The translations under genes and the position numbers were made by a program. Positions 36,789-49,491 of a DNA stretch of 64,000 nt are shown here, piece by piece. The DNA comes from Gracilinanus agilis (Eukaryota), in the NCBI RefSeq assembly GCF_016433145.1, contig NC_058133.1, forward strand, positions 123,493,208 to 123,557,207. The letters run 5' to 3'. The notes beneath the pieces are model-generated. The model was given only the letters and a program-made list of their open reading frames with translations, made no database searches and had not been told where the DNA came from. Positions within the stretch are counted from its first letter, which is position 1. Each line of letters opens with the position of its first letter.

Positions 36789-37824
36789 AAAATAGTGTTT
36801 TTTGATGATTGTGAAACAGGATCTTAAAAAACAATCCTCTTTCCTAGAAGAGGGAATTTTAGAGGGAGTACTCTCCAAACAATGTAGGGAACTGAGTGGA
36901 GTAAAGTCTGGCTAAGAAAAGCTCTCCATTATGGACCTGACCTAAAAGGTATTAGTTATTAGGATTCCACTAATTCATGAGCTGCCCAGAGGCCAGAAAT
37001 AGAAATGTGAAAAGAAGTCTGTCTATCAATAAGCATTTTTTAAAGTCATTATTATGTGCCAGGCACTTTGCTAAATGCTGGGATTACAAAGAAAGGTAAG
37101 AATATTAAATAGTGTGGGCAGTAAAAAAGGAAGAAAAGAAAAATGCTAATAAGCAGGTGGAGAAAAAAAGGAGGCTAGACCACAGAGTCTCTCAGGGGCT
37201 TATCTAGCCCCTTGACAAAGGGAGCCCAGAGGTCAATCTAGGGTAGTAGGCAGAGAAATTAATTTCATAATAAAATAATATGTTGTGATGGAAAATTACA
37301 GGACTTGGAAGTAAGACTCCTAAACAAAACCAATGATAATTATAGGACTTTAATTTTTTTAAAGACCTTTTTACATAGATCTCATATATACGTGTAATTA
37401 TTCCTATTCTACTGATGAGAAGACTGAGGTTCAGAAAGATTAAATTATTTGTCCATGACTACAAAGCTCCTTAGTATCTGAGGGGAAAGGCAACTCTGAT
37501 ATTAACTCCAACTTCAGAATTCTAATCAATCTACACCTCAGTTTCTTTGTCTCTAAAATAGAGACAATACTTATGAAACAACTCACAGACTTGTGAAGAC
37601 AGCAATTTGCAAACCTTTCAGTCAAGGACTCTTAACTTTGGCATCTGTAATATTTGTGAAAGTATTTTGCAAACCTTAAAGATCTAGATCAATGCTAGCC
37701 ATAAGTATTATTTTTATTAACAAATTGCTATTTATATTTTTAGTAATCATAATTGTCATCTAGGTGTAGAAATGCAGTAAGCAATCATTTAAAATCTGTC
37801 CTTATAGAAAGGAAAAAATCTGGG

Positions 37825-38030
37825 TTACTAGGTGACTCAGTGGATAGAGAGAGCTCGGCCTGGAGCCAGAAAGTCCTGGGTTCAAATTTGAACTCAGACA
37901 ATTCTTAGTTTTGTGATCCTGATCAAGTCCCTCAACCCCAATTGCCTAGCTCTTACCACTCTTCTGCCTTGGAACCAACACTAAGGATCAATCCTAAGAC
38001 AGAAGATAAAGTTTGTTTGTTTGTTTTTTT
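37825..38030 (+). mobile_element. SINE1-like CORE-SINE
   Basis: Head, CORE and tail with ccttggaaccaac...gaagataaag. Confidence 0.75.
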
Positions 38031-39124
38031 AATAAAAGAGGATAGGTTGAGATTTGTGGTGTCGAACTCAATGAAACTGTTGGGTACATTTTGGCTTAGA
38101 AAATCACAAATTAACATTACACATGTTGTATTTTCTTTGTATTTATTTTGCTAGATATTTCTCAAATACATTTTTATTTCGTTCAGGGAGCATTAGGGAG
38201 TTTTGTTGACCTTCCATGTAATACCTCTGTCGAGGTCCCTTCCTCCCCCCCAAAAAAAGAGTGGGAAGGATAATTCTCCATACCAGAGCCCCCAAATCAT
38301 CAAAAGAAGTTTGAAAGGGAGGGAGACTTGGGCCAAACAATCTGAAGTCAAGAAGGATAATTCTTGCAGAGGCCTGAATGGGATCCAAGAAAGGATGTTC
38401 TAAAGCCCTTTCAAATTGACTATGGAGGGCCAATTGTCCAATTTCCAATGTGAACATTTACATCCCAAAAATTAGCAAAAGCAACAAATCAGAGCTTGAT
38501 TTATTATTTTGTTGGTTGCTTAAATTTAGGAAAGTGATACAGAAAATGTTAATAATTTAGATAAAACTTACGTGTGTCTTGTGTAAAATTTTTCCTCCAA
38601 AGAACCAGTTTGTTAACTATTTACTGGGAGCTTATTTGACTAAGTTTTCTCAAACCTAAGGGCACACACACTAAAAACTGAGCATATAGCTATAAAAAGC
38701 AACCACTCATTTTTGAGTGATGTTTCATGTCACACTAAAGGGAAAAGCTGATACTTCTGGGTGATAGTGTAATACCTCAAATGTGACCAAGTTGGCAAAA
38801 TATCATCCAATTTTCTTCTTAATATGCAAAAATGATCTAATAATAAGCTTTCACTTCAGTTCACCATAGAACTAATAAGTCCTGTTCCTACCTGCTAAAT
38901 CATGATAAACCTCATTTTAAGAAAGCTCTACAAGTAAAAATCCAAAATATTATAGATGTTTATTTACATTGCAGAAGAGTTCTTCTCTTCACAAAAGCAT
39001 TTGTATCAGGATGTGGCTAAGCATCCAAACCCACTGAGTCTTAAAAATAATTATTTGACTGATATGTTTTTTAAGAGCATATATGTTGAATGAAACATAA
39101 TATCCTTCAAATTTTGAAACTTAC

Positions 39125-39257
39125 CTTTTGAACTTTGTCCAATTCTCACAGCCCCAGGGGCAAGATCAGCAACTGGACCATGAAGAGTTCTTACATCAAA
39201 AGCCGTGTGGTCATCTTCTAAACCATTGATGAAGAAACTGATTTTTGTTTGATGTAC
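39125..39257 (-). CDS. USH2A: Usherin coding exon (human exon 4 equivalent), LamG-like domain: VHQTKISFFINGLEDDHTAFDVRTLHGPVADLAPGAVRIGQSSK(G)
   Basis: Manual translation of the reverse complement. Acceptor tttatag| and donor AAG|gtaagt. Length 133 nt, phase 0 to 1. Matches recalled human VHQTKISFFING...GQS. Confidence 0.96.
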
Positions 39258-39593
39258 CTATAAAGAAATCATCACCATAAGTCATTTTTAATTTCTTAAA
39301 ATAATGAGGTTAGAGACTTTAGTTTAGCATTTAGTCTCTCACATTGCCAGTACACTAACATTCTAAAACTGACAACATCTAATTCAGGTAAATAGACCAA
39401 TGATTTTCAGTAGCAACCTCAGGAAATAGCCTTTGTTTTCACATTTATCCGAGCATTTTAAGAAAGTTAGATATCAGATGGAAAAAATATAAGGAAAACA
39501 GAATAAATTGGTTCAGGTGATACTCAACTTATAATAGAAAAGACACTGAACTGAGAGTCCAGAAGAGTCAAGTTCTAGTCCCAGAACATCACT

Positions 39594-39596
<3 letters not shown>

Positions 39597-39660
<64 letters not shown>
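39597..39660. repeat. (AT)n microsatellite, about 32 units
   Basis: Read directly from the sequence. Confidence 0.98.
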
Positions 39661-39667
<7 letters not shown>

Positions 39668-40751
39668 TGTCTTTTTAGAATTTCAAATTCAGCATATTCA
39701 AAAGAGAACTAATTATCTTTAAACCTAAAACCATCCCTCTTCCTGCCTTTACTATTTTTGTTGAGAGCATCACCATCTTTCTAGTTATTGGTTCACAATA
39801 TCAGAGACATCTTTAATTTATTCTATTTTACCTCTGCCAAAAATAGTTGGTTGCTTTCTTGGCAACTGTACTTTCTCTGCAACATCTTTTCTACTCATTT
39901 TCTTCTCTTCTTTCTTGTTCTTCATACACAGAATATTCCCTTTCTTTGCCTTCATCATTGGGCATCTGTACCTTCATTTAAAACTCATCTAAAATTCAAT
40001 TCCTGACNATATATATATATAATTAAAAAAGAACAATTAGCCTTGGAGACTTTAAGTCAATCTAACTGTACATGTTAAAAAATGAAAACAAAAAGTCAAA
40101 AACAAAGGCCCAGAAAGCATAACCAGGCAATTAATCAACTGGCAATCATTTATTAAGCATCTACTATGTGTTCTGTACTGGAAATACCAAGACAAAAAAA
40201 AAAAAAAGCAGCAGTCTTTGTTCTCAAAGCGTTTACATTCTAAATACCTCCCTGCACCTGTTTCTTCATCTATAACAGAGACAATATTATATACTTAACT
40301 CACAGTGTTTTAGTGAAAATAACAATTTGCAGTTCTTTCACTCAAAGACTCTTAACATGGCACTCTTGATATCTGTAAAAGTGCTTTGCAAACCCAAAAG
40401 CTCTTTATAAAAATACTAGCTTTTTTAAAAATCAAATTGCTGTTTATAATTATAGGTAATAATTATACTAATCATAATTGTGTTCAGGTGTAGAAGTGGG
40501 GTGAGTAACCCAGTCCAACCCAACAAACATTTATTAAGTACCTACCTTGCGCCAGGGATAATATTAATCATAAAAAAAACACAACAGCCTCTCCCTTCAA
40601 GGAGCTTACAAACTAACACAGGGAGACAACATACAATAAAAGATACCAGGGAGTATTGTTCCATGGAGGTAAAAAAACCAGGCAAGGCAACAGATGCAGA
40701 GTGGAGTTAGCCATCACTTAAAACCTATCCCTGTAGGAAGGATTAGTCTAA

Positions 40752-40870
40752 TTTGGCGGTGTCAGACTGCAATAGAAACAGATCCCTGTGGGCCACATAT
40801 TGACTTAGAAAACTATAAATTAATAGTATGTATATTGTAATTTATGCTAAGTATACATTATTACCTTTTA
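40752..40870. mobile_element. Possible fragment of a marsupial hAT/Charlie-like element
   Basis: gcggtgtcagactgcaatagaaac...gatccctgtgggccacatattgacttagaaaac resembles a recalled marsupial hAT terminus. Only one end is visible. Confidence 0.35.
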
Positions 40871-41349
40871 ATAAATTAAATTATAACATTCTTGAGGGTA
40901 GAGCCATCCCTTAATTATTTTTGCACCAATAAATGTTTCTTTGACTGAATAGTTTTCATCACTACCTTAATTTATAAAATATTAGAAGAATCTCTGAATT
41001 CATCAGTGTTTGGAACTCTTTCTGCTCCTGCAGATCCCAACCCATCTGTCATTTAGTAAATATATTATAGGAAGGGACAGAAGAGGCCATTTGGACCAAC
41101 ACTTCCTTGATACATAGGGAAACTGAGGCCTGAGTTGAGATGAAGACTCATAAAGTAGTTAGCTTCACTGATGGGATTTGAACTCAAAATCTGATTTCAG
41201 AGCCATGGCCAGGGAGTTTCTGAGGCATATAGAAGTTACTTACTCAGAGTCAAGGAAGAATGTGACAACCAGTATCAGAGGGGAAATCTGAACCAAGGTA
41301 TTTGGCAACAATTTTTGTTTCTATTTCTCCAATTCACCTCAGTTGCCTT

Positions 41350-41580
41350 TTATTTTTTCATTTCAGTTTTGACCCCATTTGGGGTTTTCTTGGCTAAGAA
41401 TCTGGAATGGCTTGTTATTTTCTTCTCTAACTCATTTTACAGATGAGGAAACTGAGACAAACAGGGTTGAATTACTTGCCCAAGGTCACATAACTAGTAT
41501 CTGAGGTCAGATTTGAATTCATAAGGATGTGTTCTTCACTTCAAACCTATCACATAATCTACAGTACCATCTAATTGCCA
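41350..41580 (-). mobile_element. MAR1-like CORE-SINE
   Basis: gaccccatttggggttttcttggc...acagatgaggaaactgagac. Confidence 0.75.
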
Positions 41581-41971
41581 CACCTCTTATATTATCATTC
41601 ACCAAAATAAGAGAGGAAAGATTACTCTGTAGTTTATTTTTTATATACATCTATGTATATACTCCATTATCATTATTTTCTTATCCTTTTGTTGAATGTG
41701 ATTAGAACACATGTTGCCAATTCATCTAGATAAAAACCTAAAGGCATTTTCATAGAACTAAAATGATACTCATGAATTTTTCGCTTTATCCACTAATTTT
41801 TCCCATTGTACTTAAATGTATGTATTGACTTCCTAACCGCATTTCCTGACCTCGAAGTCTTGAGTTACTATAGTTTATAAAATAAAATGAAACCCCCAAA
41901 GAAGGGTGGAGACTGACTGATTCAGTCAATCAATCAATCACCCCCACTTAAAATAACAAAATGCAAAAATA

Positions 41972-42200
41972 GGGGCAGCAACATGGCACAATGGATAGAG
42001 TGCTGAACCTAGAGTCAGGAAAATCTCACTTTAAATCCGGCCTCACATACTAGCTATGCAATCCTCATTAAGTAACTTAACCCTATTTGCCTCAGTTTCT
42101 TCATCTGTGAAATGAGTTGGAGAAGGACATGGGAAACCACTCCAGTATCTTTGCCAAGAAAACCCCAAATGGGGACACAATGGAAATGATTGAAGAACAC
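41972..42200 (+). mobile_element. MAR1-like CORE-SINE
   Basis: ggggcagc head and ggagaaggac...ccactccagtatctttgccaagaaaacccc tail. Confidence 0.8.
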
Positions 42201-42414
42201 AATATAAATATAAATAATAACTGAGATCAGAGGAGAGGAGCTTATGAACTTGGAAGGACTTAAAGATTTGGACTTTTTCATTGGCATTCTACTGCTATCC
42301 TTTCATGTCCCTAGGATAGTAGAGGCTGGCAGTACTGTCTGTTTCAAAATCCAAGGGCAAACTAGACATTAAGGAACGAGTTTTAAAACTCTAAATGGAC
42401 CCCAGGAAAAAAAA

Positions 42415-42417
<3 letters not shown>

Positions 42418-42454
<37 letters not shown>
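42418..42454. repeat. (AT)n microsatellite
   Basis: Read directly from the sequence. Confidence 0.92.
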
Positions 42455-43094
42455 ATGCCTGGAGAATACAAAATGCATGATTAATACTAGATATTCATCT
42501 ATTTAAGTGATTCGTATAAAATATCTCTGGAGAAGCAGTATGGTATAATGAATAGAAAACCAGTACTGCTTAGTTTCAAGACTTGCCTCTGGTGCTTATT
42601 AGTTTTCCAATACTGGGAAAACCATTTAAACTTCTCATCTCCCAGTTAATTTTCAATCTATATTGATAGAAGGAATTTCCATACCAAAGACTGCCCTATG
42701 TGTTTATCCAAACTAAAAATAAAACAAAAATCTCTTAAAATATTAACCTTATTTCTGTTTAGCAGATTAGTGTGAGCAGTGCTTGTCTTTGTCTCTGTCT
42801 TTCTCTATCTCTGTCTCCCCTACCCTATTTCAGTGTAGAGATTTCCTTCCTTGAAGACCTAGAACTAATAAAAAAAAATAATAGCCAACATTTAGATAGC
42901 ACTATAATCTTTACAAAGCACTTTACATATTTAAATCTTTGATCCTTAACAACAATGATGTGCTATTATTAACCTTATTTTGTAGCTGAAAAAACTGAGA
43001 AATAGAGAAATTAAGTGACTTGCCCAGCTATTAAATACCTGAGGCACTATTCAAACTCAAGTCTTTCTGTCTCTAAATCCTCATGCTCAGAATC

Positions 43095-43300
43095 CTAGTG
43101 GGAGTGAGCCTGGAGTCAGGAACACTCATCTTCCTGAGTTCAAATGTAGTCTCAGAGACTCACTTAGCTATGTGACCCTGAACGAGTCATTTAATCTGTT
43201 GGCCTCTGTTTCCTCATCTGTAAAAAGAGCTGGAGAAAAAAATTTCAGACTACTCCAGTATCTTTTCCAAGAAACGCCAAAAGAGATCATGAAGACTTCC
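43095..43300 (+). mobile_element. MAR1-like CORE-SINE
   Basis: gagcctggagtcaggaa...gctggagaaaaa...ctccagtatc. Confidence 0.7.
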
Positions 43301-44285
43301 ATACAGCAATGAGGACCTTAACAGTGTTGCCTAGAAATCGAAGAAGTTAAGCGATTTACTTAAGTTCATATGATTGGTATATGCCAGAGGCAAGAATTTC
43401 ACCCAGCTCTTCCTCATTCTAAGACCGTCTCTTTTTCCTATGTCATACTACCTCTGAATGTACTTTCAATAGCAAAATTAAAATAAGATGTATATGTATA
43501 TATATATATATATGAAATTTCTAATAACCAAGCAAATTAACTGCATTGTATAAGAAAAAAGGTAAATTAGAGTGCTTTGGGCTATAGCTATAATAAGAAT
43601 TTACTAAGTATGTTCTATGTACAAAGTGAATGAAAAGAAAAGACAGTTCTCTAATAATAAAGAATCCCTAATATCCAGTTAATTTGTCTGAAAAAAATCC
43701 CTCCAATAATGTTTTTTGGTTTAGTGTACGCAAAACACCCAAATGATTAGCTGTATTTTGAACCGAAGTGACTGGCTATGATATAGACACAGCTTTGGTC
43801 TGTACAACTCTCCTATGGGATTAAATCTTCTTGACTGAAATATGAATGGAAATCACAGTGTCCCTATGAACAAAGGGTGTGAAGGGGGCAAACAAAAGGC
43901 TTCAGAGATAGCGTAATACCAAACAATTGGAAGGTTTGACCCTGAAGATTTCATTTTAGAAAATCAAACATGGGCACTCTAGATACTCCTAAAGCCTTAC
44001 CAAATTGATCAAGAGAAAGAGCTAGTTATTTGTCTATAAGATCATGACTTGGATGATTATTAGGGTCTTTTCTCCTTAAGAAAAAAAACCCTATAAACTT
44101 AGAATCATAATTTCTGACAACAAAAGCTTTCCCCAGAGTTATTCAATGTGGTTTTTGTCTATTCCAACTGAACCTCTTTAATTTTCACCACTTTCTTTCT
44201 TTAAATATCAGTGACCCAAACACTAGATTTTATTTAATTCTCAAAAAGCCTTTCACATACATGAAGTTGTATGAGGGGGGACAGT

Positions 44286-44938
44286 NNNNNNNNNNNNNNN
44301 NNNNNNNNNNNNNNNNNNNNNNNNNNNNNNNNNNNNNNNNNNNNNNNNNNNNNNNNNNNNNNNNNNNNNNNNNNNNNNNNNNNNNNNNNNNNNNNNNNNN
44401 NNNNNNNNNNNNNNNNNNNNNNNNNNNNNNNNNNNNNNNNNNNNNNNNNNNNNNNNNNNNNNNNNNNNNNNNNNNNNNNNNNNNNNNNNNNNNNNNNNNN
44501 NNNNNNNNNNNNNNNNNNNNNNNNNNNNNNNNNNNNNNNNNNNNNNNNNNNNNNNNNNNNNNNNNNNNNNNNNNNNNNNNNNNNNNNNNNNNNNNNNNNN
44601 NNNNNNNNNNNNNNNNNNNNNNNNNNNNNNNNNNNNNNNNNNNNNNNNNNNNNNNNNNNNNNNNNNNNNNNNNNNNNNNNNNNNNNNNNNNNNNNNNNNN
44701 NNNNNNNNNNNNNNNNNNNNNNNNNNNNNNNNNNNNNNNNNNNNNNNNNNNNNNNNNNNNNNNNNNNNNNNNNNNNNNNNNNNNNNNNNNNNNNNNNNNN
44801 NNNNNNNNNNNNNNNNNNNNNNNNNNNNNNNNNNNNNNNNNNNNNNNNNNNNNNNNNNNNNNNNNNNNNNNNNNNNNNNNNNNNNNNNNNNNNNNNNNNN
44901 NNNNNNNNNNNNNNNNNNNNNNNNNNNNNNNNNNNNNN
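44286..44938. other. Assembly gap (653 N)
   Basis: N run. Confidence 1.
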
Positions 44939-45949
44939 ATATCCATAGTCAAGAGTTCAGGACCTTTTTTTTTTTTTTATCAACTTATCACAAATTTGCT
45001 TACTAGAAGAATTCAGTGTCATGTGTACTGAGTTCTAGGAGATAAGGGATGTTTATATTTTTTAATCTTAAAAAAAATCATGACTAATGATGATCTTACG
45101 ACTTTTTTTCTCTCCCATTGCTGCTGCCTCTTCTCAAATCTCTTTATATAAATAAGATAAAAATTGGTTTGGGTTTTTGCAATACATTTCATACTCTAAG
45201 CATCTCCAGACCACTTTACAATTCTGAGAGGAGTGCAGGCATGACAAATAATGGAGGCTAAGGTGGCAGTTTTGTTTCTGACAATAGCTCATTCTGATGA
45301 TCCCCTTGCCAGATATCAAAGGGGATAGGAATATGCAAGATAGCGTTTCTGATTTGTTAGAGAAAAAAAAAATCCTCACCTACTTCTTTCACTTCATGAG
45401 GTTAGGATTAGAGGTAAGTGTGGGAAAAAGTCACTGGTGTATCTTGAGTGGATGATTGGGTAGGGCCATTAACAATGCCTAGAAAGTCTTTAAATCCCTA
45501 TTTAAGAAGTATGAAGATACTTTGGAAAGAAGAGGTAAATATATCAGGTCATTCTCTAGTCATCCTTCTATTGGAATCTCATTTTCAACGGTTGCCATTT
45601 TGACTAGGTCAACTTTGGTTGGGATCAATCCCTTCTCCATCAGGAGTATGCTACATGGGAGAAATATGCTTTCTTATGCCACATTCCCATAGTCTCATCT
45701 GCTTGGATGAGGACAGTATGTCTGGGGGTGCAGGAGAACAGCTGTAGACATCTGGAGGGAGATATAATCCAATCTCTTTTGAAATAAATGTGGAATTACC
45801 CCCTGTGAAGATGAACTAAGACCTAGAGACATGCATGCCAGCTCTCTCATCCTAATCATTCAAATTCAGTTGTCTTCCATCACTGTACAGACAACACTCA
45901 CTTAAAGGTTGAACTATAAACCATTACATAGCCATGCTACATTCTTTGA

Positions 45950-46385
45950 GGGAGAGTAATGTTCCCATTCCTCAAATACATAAATGAATTTCTGATCATA
46001 TTAAAATACCTGTTCCTTCCAATGACATCGGCTGTCTTGTCCTATTTTGCAACTTTCATCCATAGCCTCCAAGAGTTTGACACAGAGGGATCTCCACAAC
46101 ATGTTAGAGCCCATCCTGGATGTCTTTTTATATCAACATGATATTAATGTAACACTTTAGCTGTGCTTTGGTTATTGCTCACTCATTATGTGACCAGTCC
46201 ACTTTTTCCACTGATATATATCTTGGATGACATTCTGTCCTCTGGCTCTTCTCAATTCCTTATTAAGAATATGCTAATGTCTGCTTATTCCCAACCATAT
46301 GCTTTCCCACTGCTCTCTGGTAGACACGGATTTCTTTAAATTCTTTGGAGACTGTGTTCCATGATACAGTCATACAGTACACCTA
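45950..46385 (-). mobile_element. RTE-clade LINE, ORF C-terminal/3' fragment
   Basis: The reverse strand gives degenerate VLYDC.SWNT...QRAV.KHMVG...KELRR...VIQDIY...KWTGH, matching the recalled RTE motif LYGCESW...QRAMERRM...RWAGHV. Confidence 0.7.
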
Positions 46386-46439
46386 CTCCTTTTTCCTCAT
46401 GGCTCTTTACATGTAAACTCAATTCAATACACATTCATT

Positions 46440-46680
46440 AGGAAGCACAGTGGGAAGAGTGTCATGTCTGGAGTCATGAAGACTGATCTTCCTGAGTTCG
46501 AATCTGACCTCAGACATTTAATAGCTGTGTGAACCTAGACAAAATACTTAACACTGTTTGCCTCAGTTTAGTCCTCTATAAAAATGGGCTGAAGAAGAAA
46601 ATGTCAAACCACTGCAGTATTTTAGCCAAGAAAATCCCAAATGGAGTCATGAAGAGTTGCAAATGACTGAAATAACAGTG
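46440..46680 (+). mobile_element. MAR1-like CORE-SINE
   Basis: CORE followed by gaagaagaaaatgtcaaaccactgcagtattttagccaagaaaatccc. Confidence 0.7.
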
Positions 46681-46871
46681 TACCAAATGCCATCCTAGAC
46701 ACTATGGGTCATTCCAAGGCAGCAAGATCTTGATATTTGCCCTTAAGGAGAATATACACCTAATTTATGAGACATTTATTCAGACATTCAAAAATATCTA
46801 TTAGGTATCTATTATTTACAAAGCATTTCAATATTCATTAAAATAGATAAAAACTTAAAATGAGCTTTTTT

Positions 46872-47073
46872 TAAAAAAAAAAACCTTACCTTCCATCTTG
46901 GAATCAATAGTGTGTATTGGCTCCAAGGCAAAAGAGCAGTAAGGGCTAGGAAATGGGTGTTAAGTGACTTGCCCAGGGTCACACAGCTAGGAAGTGTCTG
47001 AGACCAGATTTGAACTTAGGACCTCCCTACTCTAGTCCTGGCTCACAATCCACTGAGCCACCCAGCTGCCCCC
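46872..47073 (-). mobile_element. SINE1_Mdo-like CORE-SINE, long-tail variant
   Basis: Full length. agctttttttaaaa is repeated on both sides as a TSD. Confidence 0.88.
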
Positions 47074-47559
47074 TAACATAAGCTTTTTTTAAAATCTTAC
47101 AGAATTTAAAGGACAGTGGAAGACAGAGCCAGTCTAAGTGTTTATCCACTCCTACATTATATAGATCTGTATATACACTTTTATGTAGTTATTCATAAAT
47201 AAGTTCAAAATTGCCATTTCCTCTATCTCCTAAAGGATGAAATTTTCAGAAAGGTAAGCCACAAATTTATTGATTGTTCCACCTTTTGAAGCAACTAACT
47301 GGCAAAGTGATTAGAATCCTGGGCCTGGATTCAAGAAGTCCAGAGTTCACATCCAGCCTCAGATACTTACTCTGTGTGACTCTGGGCAAGTAACTTTGCC
47401 TCTGCCTCAATTATCTCACTGTAAAATGGGGATAATTATTCTTGACAGGGTTCTTATGAAAATCAATTAAGATATTTGTAAAGTGTTTAATATGATAGTT
47501 GGCATTTATCCTCTGTTATTTACTATGTTTGGTAAGTCATTTAACTTTTCAAGGTCTCA

Positions 47560-47940
47560 ATTTCCTCATTGTTATTCACTCTAAGATCAACCGACTCTAG
47601 CATCCTTAATTTTCCTTGCACAAGACATTCCATCACCCATTCTCTCTGGGTGCTCTATGCCCTCCTTACCTCTACCTCCTGTCTTCCCTGGCTTTCTTCT
47701 AGTATAAACTACACTCCCATTTTTTGCATGAAATCTTCCTACTCCTCATTAATGTTAATGCCTTCCCTCTATGATTATTTCCAATTTATCCCGTGTATAT
47801 TTCAGTTGTACATAGTTGTTTGCATGCTGTCTCCCTCATTAGATTGTGAGTTCCTTGAGAGCAGAACATTTTTTTTACCTTTTTTTGAATCCTCCTCATT
47901 TAGCACAGTAACCTGCACAAAGTAGGTACTTACTAAATTT
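47560..47940 (+). mobile_element. L2 3' fragment
   Basis: gttgtttgcatgctgtctccctcattagattgtgagttccttgagagcag tail motif. Confidence 0.75.
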
Positions 47941-49254
47941 TTGTTGACTTGAATCTGACTCATCCATAAAATGAAGAAGCTGGGCTTCATGTTCTCTAAG
48001 ATTCTTCCCAGTTTTAAATGTGTGATCCTTTGCTCATGATTCCTTTTCCCACCCACCCCCCATTTTCTGTACAATTGCTTTAGAATAATACCTTTTAATC
48101 TTTATCCAAATCCCCTCCAGTCTCTTCTCTTCCATTTAAAAAGTATGGAAGCAGACAGAACATTCACAGATCTCAGACAGAGCATAAAGAAAGGATGAAA
48201 ATGATGGATGTTGAATCCTCCCTTACACTCTTAGGAAGTAAGCCAAGGGGCTGGTAAGAGATGTGAACTCACTACTGACCCAAAGTCAGAAGTGCTATCA
48301 CTCAAACACTTGACATGTGCATGGATATATAGGAAATCATTTCTGCATACCATCCAGCACTCAAACTTCCTGCCAATATTCAGGAGATGTCTTTAAGATT
48401 CTGAGCAGCTGCCTTAAATAGAAACTAAGTCTTGCCATATAAACAAAACTGAGTTAAAACTCCCATTTTTACTATGCATGAATTACCTCTGATAAAACCT
48501 TGAACAAAAGGAGAAGATGGGATACTGAGTCTTTATATTCCATTAAATAATAAATGGCTTATATCTAAGTTTTATATACTTAAAAGAAATACATGATTTA
48601 CCATAAGTACTTATCATCCAGCCATTCTATGTCTTATTAGATTTTTTTTCAGCTCCAATACCCAGTACTGAGAAAAACTTATTAAAATATTTCTGATAAA
48701 CTAAACGAAGGGAAAAATTTTCAGTCCAAAGGAAGACTATGCATCACTTTAACCTCTTTCATAGCACAGTATCATGCAGTGCGTTTTGAATTGTCTTATT
48801 CTTTTTTTAAAAATTCTGGAACTGAAAGGAAGGTCTTCACAGTGACCCTTCCTTGAAGGGTTTGCTCTATGCCCTAAGGCATGCAAGATAATAACGGTAT
48901 GAGTAGTTACTGTTCATCCAGTGAGGGAGTGACATGCCCTTTTACTTTGGTTGAAAAAATGGTACTAGCAAATATTTATTCTTTTGAAGGTTGGAAGTCT
49001 GTCAGCCCAGGAAACTATAAGTATCACTTTATTTATCCATCAAATAAGGAACACACGGCTAACATCTTCCTTTTCCTAATCCCCACAAGACTTTGAATCT
49101 GAGTGAGATGTTGCTACTTTCCTAGACCAAGGAAAAATGAATTACTTTTATAACCATTTTAGTATTTCATATCAAGAGCTTTCCTTCCAACTATCAGGCC
49201 AGAAATGAGTACTGATTTGAAAGTAGCCCTTTCAGATTTTACCTTCTTCCACTC

Positions 49255-49413
49255 TGTATATATCTGGTATGTAATGAGTTATTTGCATGTTATCTGCCAC
49301 ATTCGAATGTGAGTTCCTTAAGAGCAGAAACTGATTTTGCTTTTCTTTATATCCCAAGGATTTAGCACGGTGTCTGGCACATACATAACACTTAATAAAT
49401 GCTTGTTGACTGA
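49255..49413 (+). mobile_element. L2 3' tail
   Basis: Ends ctggcacatacataacacttaataaatgcttgttgactga. Confidence 0.8.
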
Positions 49414-49491
49414 TAAAATTAAGCTTTAAACACCTTGTCATATTTCTCATCACATTGCATATTTATTTAGCTCCAATTTTCCCATCTCATG

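Noticed and set aside
44230-45031. 220-256 aa ORFs
   Set aside because: Almost entirely N-gap translation.
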